NCBI RefSeq assembly: GCF_001194135.2 | Contig: NC_068984.1 | Coordinates: forward strand, 102,081,276-102,145,275 | Length of the DNA: 64,000 bases | Direction: 5' to 3' | Source: Octopus bimaculoides | Lineage: Eukaryota | Notes under the pieces: model-generated | Databases searched by the model: none | Seen by the model: the letters and a program-made list of their open reading frames with translations, nothing else | Told to the model about the DNA's origin: nothing | Shown here: positions 48,760 to 59,907 of the stretch, in pieces | Layout of the letters: each line of letters starts with the position of its first letter | Position numbering within the stretch: position 1 is the stretch's first letter | Translations under genes and position numbers: made by a program

Positions 48760-51700
48760 CATATAAGAATAGTGTCAGGTTCACTCCAGCTGTATGTTGC
48801 CTTAAGGCAAATGTCTTTGGTTGGCCTTAGGCCAACCAAAATCTTGTGAGTGGATTTGGTAGACAGAAACTGAAAGAAGCCTGTCATATGTACGTATATT
48901 TGAGCATGTGTATGTGCGTGCGTGTGTGTGTGTGTGTGTGTGTGTTTGCATTGTCCTTGTCTGTCTTCACATCACATTCTTGTTGTAAATGAGTATCATT
49001 AATTTCAAATATTCTGCAAATGGGCAAATATTACCTTGTTTGGAAACAGGTAACAGTTGGTGACAGGAAGGCCATTTGACCATAGGAAATCTGTCTTAAT
49101 AAACTCTATCATGCGTTGAGCCTCATGGAGGCATCTGGCACCCATACTAGCAGCACATAAAAAGTACCTATTGAGTGTTGAGCCTCACAGAGGCAATGTC
49201 TGATGCCAGTGTCGCGTAACTTGCACCTGTTCCAGTGGTATGTAAAAAGCACCTTTTGAACGTTGGGCCTCATGGAGGCAATGACATATGACTGAGACCT
49301 TTCGCAATATGCTATGTTTGAGAAGAAGATCCATCAAGCCAAGCGAAATTGCAATCATGGCGGATACTGTTGTCACGCAAATGGTACCTGTGCCGGTGAC
49401 ACGTAAAAGCACCCATTACACTCTTGGAGCGGTTGGCATTAAGAAGAGCATCCGGCTGTAGAAACCATGCCAAATCAGACTGGAGGTGCAGCCCCTCCGC
49501 TTGCCAGCCCTGGTCAAACCATCCAACCCATGCCAGTATGGACAATAGACACTAAATTATGATGATGATGGTGGTGGTGGTGGTAGTGTGGGGTGTTTGT
49601 GTGTGCGTGTGTTTAAAATGTGTCTATTTAATGTTTTTATATATATATATAAACTGGCTGAAACTTCAAAGTCACAGTCAACAATATTCATGTGTAAGAG
49701 TAATAAATTATTGGAGATGTACTTGCATAGCAAGTGACCTGATCTGAGATCGTGTGCTGGAATGAAAACAATTGCAGCGTGGAAGGTGTTTATAAGCCAT
49801 TTAAAATAACACACAAAAGCCATCAGATTCACTTCAACATTTAAATTTAATTTGTCAAAATACTTTCGTCGCTTTGAGACCGCGACCTGTTCACTGACAA
49901 AATGTGATGCAGCACAATTTTATCAGTGAACAGGTCGTGGTCTCAAAGCGACGAAAATATTTTGACAAATTAAATTTAAATGTTGAAGTGAATCTGACGG
50001 CTTTTGTGTGTTATTTTAAATGGCTTATAAACACCTTCCACGCTGCAGTAATAAATTAATACTCTACAAAAGTATAGAGTAACCCATCACATTAATGTAA
50101 AATTGTTGTTTTTATTATAACTGAATATCAAAACAAACACACACACACACACATATTTATGATGTGCCTATTAAAGTGCTGATGTTGGTATTGGCATATT
50201 TATTTTATTTAAGCATATTATTTTATTTAATGTGAATAAAAACATTTGGTCTGTTTCTCAACTACTGCTGTTGTATAAATCAAATTCATTAACATTAAAT
50301 CTTTCAATTGTTGATAGGTACCAGTAACACTAGAATGCAGGAGTACTATCAACTTTACCCACAAGTGTTCTGGTTCAATCACAACATCTGTAAGAGTAAG
50401 TATTTAGATATAATTCATTGTTGCATTGTGCGTTTTGTGTGCATGTTACTCTGCAGCACTTTCTCTTATGGTTGACATATTGTTTTTATCCTCTCATATT
50501 TTGTTCAACTTCTTTCTCTCACTATTCAACATGATTTTCATTTTTTCTCTCTCTTTACAGATTCACCGACCTAGATTATTGAGCCTCGTACTGACTGTAA
50601 TAATAATAATAATAATAGTAGTAATAGTAGTAGTTGTAGTAGTAGTTAAATAGTGTTCCTTCAAATTGCATGAATCCTCTGCATAGGAGTATAATTAGTT
50701 GAAGAAAGCACAATGTATGAATTTCAGAGGCAGAAGGCTACAATTTTTGAGGGATTAAACAATTGATTATACTTGATTGATACTTTATTTTTAACCCCTG
50801 GAATATTGAAAGACAAAGTTTAGGAGCTTAGGCAGGGTTTGAACTCAGATTGTAAAGGGTGGCAACTAAATGCTGCAAAGTGTTTTATCTGATGCTCTTT
50901 TAGTAGAAAGTGGGTTATACATCTTTAGATTGTATACCTGACTTTCTACTATAAACTTAAAGAAATTGACGGAACGCTGAACTCCAGACTAAACAACTCA
51001 AACAACATTTATTTACTTGGTAAACATACATATCTTTTAGTTATACATCTTTAGAGGTGAGAATAACGAGCTGTCGAGTATAAGACCGAAAGATGTAGAG
51101 ACAGCTTTAAACACACGTCCTTGCTCAATCGCTGGCCAGCGTGAAAGAGAATGAATTGAGCGGGAAACGCTTGCTTGTTTAATTTTACGCATGCGTAAGA
51201 CTACGCATGCGCAGGCGTTACTACACTCTATTAATTCTGATAGTCATTTATCTTGTTAGGAGGAGGATCTGTGATGATAGGGGTGGGGTGTCTTGGAAAA
51301 CCGCTGGCCCAGTGGTTTCCCTTCATGGCAGAATTAATAGTCAAGACTATTTAAGCATTCTATCTGATAAAATTCATCCTATGGTTGCGGAACTGTTTTG
51401 GAGGGAAAAGCAATCTTTCAGGATGATATTGCACCAATTCACACAGCTAAAGTTACTGAATGGCACGAGGGACATTCTAGTGAAGTTGTACATCTTATCT
51501 GGCCAACACAGTCCCCAGATCTCAATATTATTGAACATTTATGCTGCATTTTAGATAAGCAAGTAAGGAATTGATATCCTCCACCATCATCACTACAAGA
51601 ACTGGAGACTGCTTTAGCTGAAGAATGAACAAAAATTTCTTTGGAAATAATTCAAACTTTGTATGAATCCAGACCTTGTAGAATTCAAGCTATAATTACT

Positions 51701-54700
51701 GCCAAGGCAGTCCTACCCCATATTAAAATAAATTTCTTTGAGATTTTAAGGCATTTCCATTATTTTGTCCATATATACTGTAAGTCCTCGAGAATAGTCC
51801 ACCCTTGAGTATAATACGCAGGAGATTTTTAGGGGGCTGTACCTCTGAAAAACCTAAACCTTGTGTAAAATACGCACCCCTTCTCAAACTTGAGTCAAGG
51901 AGGTCTATATAACGTCCTTGGTTTGTAAACGTATATACGGTAACGTCCTTTATTATTATTATTGTATATATAACATAATGCAAACGTGTTGCTTTTTTGT
52001 GCCAGCTCACCGCCTTTCTTTATATATTTTTATATATTTCTTTTCTTTTAATTAAAACTGCAACTTCTTTATATGATAGACGTTAAAAATGTGATTGTTA
52101 TTTATCATCTTTCTTCATTCTGCACATTTTACAGGTATGTGAAAAAACTCTAAATGCTGATATACAACAGAAACTTAATGATATAGAAGGCCAACAACAA
52201 GTTTTAGTACAAGAAGGTTTACTTCCTCCTCCTCAAAAAGTTTGTGTTGCTGCAGTTCATGTGGAAAACATTATCACGTAAGTTGATGACTTATGCAAAG
52301 AATGATATTTGAACCATAAACAAAATGAAGATATAAACACAATTTTGAAGTCTTAATGTTTTGGAGAGCATTTATAAATTAAAAGTGAAACATTTGAAAG
52401 GAAAACTTTTTCTGATAAATTATAAACTTCATTAATAGTGATAAGTGCAGTAGGGTGTATCAACCTGGTTTATTACCTTGAGTGGTATTGGTGTTGAGTG
52501 TACTAATATCTTGGTTTCAATTCAGAATAATTTTTCCTTCTTTTATATCTGTCACAGACTTGAAATGAGTTCACATTATAATTATCATCAAGATTGCAGG
52601 ACATTTATTTAGTCTGCTAGAAATAGAAACCAAGTCTTCCTCAAATCACATCTTACTGTTTAAAAGGGAAGGATGCATTGGATAATGTGATTTAAAACAA
52701 AGCTGATGAAAATTAAGACATAATGTTAAGCTATATGGTGTATTATAGGTACAAGCCACAAAAATAAAAGGGTGTCATCATGATGATAGTACTTAGAGGT
52801 TACTTGTTTTTGTAATGTCCCCTTTTCTATACTTACCTGAGTCAGATAAGTGTGTTGAAATAAAGCCATGGTTCAATAAAGAAATTTCTGGTAGTGGTGG
52901 GAGTAGTAGGTGGGCTGTCAGTATATAAAATGAATAGTAGAGATAAGAGATCAGAACACTGTTAACCCTTTAGCAGTCAAGTTACTATGTCAGATGTAAT
53001 GTTTCACATTGTTTTGAATTAAGCATGCATTATCTCAAGATTTCAATGATATGATAATATATTTTTTCAATGATATTGTAGGAAAGATGTGAGAGGTCAG
53101 ATCTGGCCACTTTGGACATAAAACAGGCAGAATATTTGGGTCAGATATAGCTGGTTTAAATGTTAAAGGGTTAAAATTTTTTCAAACACTTAACTAAAGC
53201 CACTTGCTCTACTAGTTAGGGGTTGCACTCATGATTGTTAGATCATGGGTTCAATTTGCAGGCAGGGCGGTGTGTTGTGTTCTTGAGCAAAACATCTCAT
53301 TTCGCATTGCTTTTCAAGTAGGAGAGTGGCAGAATCCTTGGCACGTTGGCAGAAATGCTTTATGGTTCATTTTCTGGTTCTCTACATTCTGAGTTCAATC
53401 CCACCCGCTTGGAGAAGCTAATAGGAAACCACTCCAGTGTTCATTCCAAATCCAGTTAGGGTAACCAAAGTCCCAGTAATCTACTTAATGGTGGCAGGGG
53501 AGCATACAGGCCCTCCCTGGTCATATAGAGAGTGCTGGAGATGATTTACATGCACAGGACTTGTCCAAAGGCTGACCACCACTAGACTAGACTTAATTAA
53601 TTGTTTCCACATTATGACTTAGAAGTTGTACCTGCTATTTGCTATAATATTATACTGCTATATTTAGATTGCTATAGTGTTATAAATATATTGCTATTTT
53701 GTTATACTGCAGCAAATATATTGTAGTGTTATACTGCTGTAAATATATTACTATATGATGTTATACATACTTCTGTATATTTATATTGTTATATATACTT
53801 CTGTATATTTATATTGTTATAGTGTTATGCCAGTATATTCATATTGCTACAGTGTTGCTCAACATTATATTTTTTCTATTTTCAGTACACTGATTAAGTT
53901 GACCCGAGCACGGACAGAAGTAGACAAGATTGAGCATCTACAAAGTATTGGTTGCGCCATCTTTTATTACCTTGCTAATATGGTTACTAATGAAACCAAT
54001 TTTTACCCACCAACCCGACAGTTTTTTGCTTCTTGTCTTGATATTCTTGGGCAGGTAAGTCAGAATGAAATGGAATAATTGAGAGAAACTTTTCTTTTAT
54101 TCTTTTACAAGTTTGCTGGTGCCATGTAAAATGCACCCATTATTATTTTAGTTTCTTTGTCAAAGTTCTTTCATCACACATCCTATGACCTCTTCAGCAT
54201 TTCTCTATCCCACATGTCTCCTCTTGTTCTGCTTATTCCATTTTGTCTATTTTACTGTCTCAGTATTATTTTACATTGATTTAATACAGAATTATTTTCT
54301 ATATTCCAATGTCTTGTTCCTTTGCAGGAATTTGTTCAGAAAATGCCTGACCAAAGCCCTGTTCTGTTGAATTTTGTGCTTGACCATCCTGACCTTGCAG
54401 GTTTAATGTCTCCTCACTTCTTACCCAATCTGAATCCAGGCTGCTTTTTGGCTATGTATGAAAAACTGATTGTCCTTCGTTCATGTCAAATAGATATGGC
54501 TTTCATGCTGCTATCAAAGGTAAGTCTTTAGAAATACACTTTAAAATGTTTGAGCTTTTATAGACTTCTTTGTGAGTAAACATTCAAGTTTTACCCTTAG
54601 ACCAGTGGTTCTCAACCAGGGTCCATATGGCCCTTGGGATCCATATAGACCCCTTGGGAGTCCATATGGCCCTTCGGGGTCTATATAAGATTTTATTTTT

Positions 54701-55225
54701 AAAACTTATGTGCAATAAATTGAATACACTTCTATGATACACAAAATATTTTAATTTTTTTTATACAATTTCTAATTTTATTTAATTATTAAAATACAGT
54801 AGGACTTTTTTTTATATACATCAAATGGCTATGGGGATCCAGTAGAGTAAAATAGGAATCAAAGGGGTCCACAGGCAAAAACTGGTTGAGAACCAATACC
54901 TTTGACAATCATTCAGAGGCAGAATGGTTTCAACTAAAATTAATTAATTGATTTTTTAAATTCATTATGCTACAAATATATTATTGTTAACTATTTAATC
55001 TACTATTCTTTTACTAATTACTGCTTTATCTAAACTTACCAGAGATATCTAACCATAGGCGTAGGAGTGGCTGTGTGGTAAGTAGCTTGCTTACCAGCCA
55101 CATGGTTCCGGGTTCAGTCCCATAGTGTGGTATCTTGGGCAAGTGTCTTCTACTATAGCCTCGGGCCGACCAAAGCCTTGTGAGTGGATTTGGTAGATGG
55201 AAACTGAAAGAAGCCCGCTGTATAT

Positions 55226-55291
<66 letters not shown>

Positions 55292-58200
55292 TTGTGTGTC
55301 TGTGTTTGTCCCCCCAACATCGCTTTACAACCGATGCTGGTGTGTTTACGTCCCCGTAACTTACCGGTTCGGCAAAAGAGACCGATAGAATAAGTACTAG
55401 GCTTCCAAAGAATAAGTCCGAGGATCGATTTGCTCGACTAAAGGCGGTGCTCCAGCATGGCCACAGTCAAAAGACTGAAACAAGTAAAAGAGTAAAAAAA
55501 GAGTAAGAGTAACCAACTTAAAAATTGTAAACCAGTAAGTTAGTTTGTACATGGTTGGTCAGCCTACTGAAAATAGCAACCAAATCTCCTTCAAGTCACA
55601 CCTTGCCGATTTAATAAAAGGAAAGATAGGCTGAATAATGTTATTCTAGATAAAAATTGTCTCAAAAACAAAACCGAAACATATTTCATACTGAATTCAC
55701 TTCCTTGACAACGAAAGATTGCCAGCATATTTTTTTTAGTTCTTAAGCTCCTTCTTATGAACTAAATGCTTTTCTTCTAGATGGCATCTTATCTAATCAT
55801 TTAAAATTTTTCTAAGGTGGTGACCATGTTGGGAAAAAATGCTTTGCAGCATTTCTTCCAGCTCTTTACCTCCCAAGTTCAAATTTCACCAAGGTCGACT
55901 CTGCCTTTCATCCTTTCAGGGTCGATAAAATAAACACCAGTTGAGCACTAGGGTTGATTACATCAACCGCTCCCCCAAAATTTCAGGCCTTGTGCCTATA
56001 GTAGAAAGGATTATTTTAATTTGCCTACTTGGTGAATAATTTTCTCTCAAATATCAATATAATCCCTCAGTTTAGGTTTAGGTAATTATTGCTTAGATCA
56101 TGGTTTATTGAAGAGGTTTAATATGACTAAAACATCAGTAGTCATCATATTTACTAAATAATAAATTCCTTCTCCCCACTGCATACCTTCATTCAATCTT
56201 TAATTTGGACATTAGAGTTGTTTCCCTTGCGATAGTATTCCTTATAGCTTTTTTTTTTTTTTTCCTCTTCACAATATTCTTAACCTCTTTACATTATATT
56301 AGTCCCTTCCCTCACTTAACTATATGCTGTCCATTTGTTCATGCAGAAAGCATCTTAAGGAAATCCTCCTAAGCCCAGTCATTAATATATTGCAGTTTTA
56401 TATTAATTTTCCCTACATTGAAATGAAGTAATATTTTTTATTAATTAACAAATCCTACATTAGTTATTAGGAAGGAGAAGATTTTCATTCTCATTACTAA
56501 CCATGAAGTAGGAATAAAGCTTGAGTTTTTCAATTAGCCATTGTGTCCCTTGCTTAGAGTCAAGAACATTATAACAAATAAGAGATCTGAATTTATTCCC
56601 TTGTATGTTGTAGAGGAATATTGGGGATAAAATTGCAATTGATTATAAGACTGGGAATGATTAAGTGAACCTCAGTTTGAGAAATATACAAGGGAGTGCT
56701 GAAAGCTTCTGACTTTAAGGGTATCGCAAAAGGTCTCGTTGGAGGCCCAACCTTCCGAGATCTTTTACAGGGCTTAGAAAAACTGAAGGACTGCTGCAAT
56801 AAGTGTGTGAATCAGCGAGGGGAATATGTTGACTAAAACCATAATTAACTGATCCTCCTGTATTTCCTTTTACCCAAAGCCAGTTTCTTTTCAGCACCGC
56901 CTCGTATTGATGTCCCATATGTTAAGGTATAAATATTATGTAGAACTTTGCCCTAATTTCAGTTGCTGACGCCATGCTCATTCATACATTTTAGCGTTTA
57001 GCTCAGAAATTTCTTCATTGTGAGACAAAATATATTTACTATTAATTCATATGTAATTCTTTTTATATTTTCCATCAGTCCTTTTAGATTATATTTTCTA
57101 TGACTTGTGTCTGTTGTTTCTTTCTTAGTTCGATGTGTGTATTTGGTTAGAGAAACTCAACCTCCCACATCCTGAAGTTGTAAAACTTATCGACGTATTA
57201 TCAACAGCTTTTATCAGCTGTGGAGCAGAACCAATGTCAAGGGAACTGATCCTTTTTGAGGTGAGTGTTACAAAACTAACGTTATTTTCATTCCTTTCAT
57301 TGTTATTGCATTCCTCTCATTGTTGAAACTAAACTCTGTAACTAAGTACTTTCATTGAGAATACTTCAGTATTTCAACAGGGATGTTGTGAGCTTTTGAA
57401 AAAACAAGAGGCAGTATCTATGGCTTGCTAAGGCTGATACCGAGATTCAATTCTCAGTTTGTAATGATGTCATTTCACTTCACTTATGGAACTTATGTTC
57501 AGATATGAACATCACAACATCCTAGATCTACACATTTAAATTTATAGAGCTCATTTTCTTCATTAAAAGTAGCTATTATTTAAACAATGTAGGTAGAGTT
57601 AGCTAGCCACCTACACTTTTCTCTGCAAAATAGGGGTAGTTTATCCTGTTCAGGCTATATTATTAGCATTATTCTGCGATTAAGAATTTAAAATCACTTC
57701 CTTAACTTACATTTTTTGAATTTATTTTTCTTGTCTTAAATCATATCTGACTTACTAATTTGATAATGCATGTTTATCTCTTATTATTAATAATTTGATT
57801 AGAGCAGCAAATTAGTAGAATCATTAGTGCATTGGATAAAATTGCAATTTGTCTCTAATAATTGATCTAATAATGCATATTAATCTCTAATTATTCATGA
57901 TTTAATTGTGAAGGGCATCATGAGAGTGTTAAATAGAATACCTTGTGATATCTATTCTGACTCTCAGTGTTTTGTGTTGAAATCTTGCTAAGGTCAACTT
58001 TGCCTGTCATAAGTAAAGGGTAGAATTGTTAGAGCATTGAACAAAGTACCATGTGGTATCTGTTTGAGGTACCTTTAATTATTAGAGATACCTTGTAATT
58101 ATAAGAGTATCAGATGAGGTATCTTGTGGTACCTGTTAGTTCTACCTTGTAAACATGGTTTCTTGCTTGTGCCTGTTCATTAACTTGCTTTATATGTTTA

Positions 58201-59870
58201 TTGATGGCTGTTACTTTTCTTTCTTGTCTCTGGTTAGTCTCTGTGATAGAGTTATGATTTCCGCTCCAATCACTGGAATGACACTGGACTGCTGCTGCTT
58301 GTATGATTGTTGAATCTGACTTGTCAATGTGTCATTGTGACAATCATGAACAGAACAGCCATCTGTGAACTCAAATCATGTGGAGATTGCATTCTTCCGT
58401 GCATCAATTGTTGCAATCACCAGTAGAACTCTTTTCAATAGAACCAGAATGGTTGTTTGATTTCTTGTGGAATTTGGTCTTCTTGAGAGAAGACCATGTC
58501 CACAGTTAAGACAGTGTCAATTCAATTGCCTGTATAGTTGGTACAAACATTTCCTAGTGAACAGTGGAATGTTAAAGTTAGTCACAGTGCAAAGGAAGGA
58601 GTATTTTCCCTAAAATGTAACCCATTGTTTCCCTGGCAACTTTTTTTAAGGAATATGCCATTGTTCTCTGTTACCAAGCAATCTAGAATAGTGCAAAAGT
58701 GGTAGTATTGCATTATTAGGCAGAGAAGTACAAATGCATTGCCAAGTGCCTTTCATTCTAGTGTAACATTAAGGAGCTTAGAAAAGGATAAAATATAAAC
58801 TTATAGAGACATCATACAGTGTTATATTTGAGAAAATAGCTATCCACACTCTGAAAATTTGATGAAACAAAAGTTGATATAATTCTGTTTGTGTTAGTTT
58901 TTCTGATCTTCAGCAGGTTCTAATACCAAGGACCTGATAAAAGATGTCCCACTGTTTATTAAGGAAATCTTCTGGCCAATTTTGTAGGAAGTATATAATC
59001 ATTTGAACTAACTTTAATGCATAAGTCAAAGTCTTAGTTTTCTATTATAATTCCATTAATGCGTTGGATATATTATAGAAATCAACTCCAGTAACTGACT
59101 GATACTTTATTAACTGAAGAAGAATGAAACCGGTTCAGTGGGATTTGAAAGGCTATAACTAAGTACTTCAGGACATTTTGTCCAATGCCCTAACGATTCT
59201 GCCAATCAAACAGAAGGACAGTTGAGCATGGAATTACATTTTGTAAAAGCAAGCAACTTTTAATAAGCTGAGAAAAAGACATCCTGCTTAATTTTCAGTC
59301 CATTTTCTCAATTTAAATCAGTGCTAATATTGTGTTAAAATACAATTGTTAAAAAAGAAATTATATTTGAGGGACATGTCTACTTTTCACTCACTTCTTA
59401 TCATTGAATATATTATATTTCTCTGTTTGCAGCTGTTCTGTACACACTTACACAAAGTACTCAATTCTTGTTTCCACTACTACCTTTCTCAAATACTCTC
59501 CATGCTTCTGAAAGGTCAGTCTTTGCTGTTTTCACCCTTTTCCACTAATCTGTTATTACTAATATCTTTTACTGTTTCTGTTTACCTTTCTAAAAACTGA
59601 GTGCACAAGAGATTCTTAGGGTCAACGCTTGACTTTAATTTCTATAAACTTTAAGCCAATGAAAGGTGAATCTTCTCAAGGTAGTCTATCACAAACTTAT
59701 TTCTTTGGATGTTCCATACAGTTTAAGTAACCTTAGATAAATATTGTGAAGTGCCTTATCAGGGAATACAGTGATAATATACACAGACTTGTATAATATG
59801 GGGTGATAGTTTAATGTATCATCAACTTGGCTTATTTATGTGTTCAATGTACAATATTCAGCAATATATA

Positions 59871-59907
<37 letters not shown>

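Larger units (their letters stand above)
49773..50047. repeat. 275-bp inverted repeat (131-bp arms, 4 mismatches, 13-nt loop), probably an inverted Penelope-like pseudo-LTR
   Basis: 49773-49903 is the reverse complement of 49917-50047. Confidence 0.95.

Noticed and set aside
51070-51110. gagctgtc/gacagctt stem enclosing GAAA as a possible ribozyme
   Set aside because: No CUGANGA-like core with matching stems II and III.
53620-53870. Degenerate tatattg/gttata repeats before exon 29 (similar at 60960-61130)
   Set aside because: Low-complexity AT-rich decay products with no defined unit or further structure.
55056-55140. tRNA gene
   Set aside because: A and B boxes are present but continue into a SINE body seen many times; no cloverleaf with an acceptor stem.
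58260-58560. Possible Tc1/mariner N-terminal remnant on the minus strand
   Set aside because: Too degenerate; no termini or catalytic motifs could be supported.
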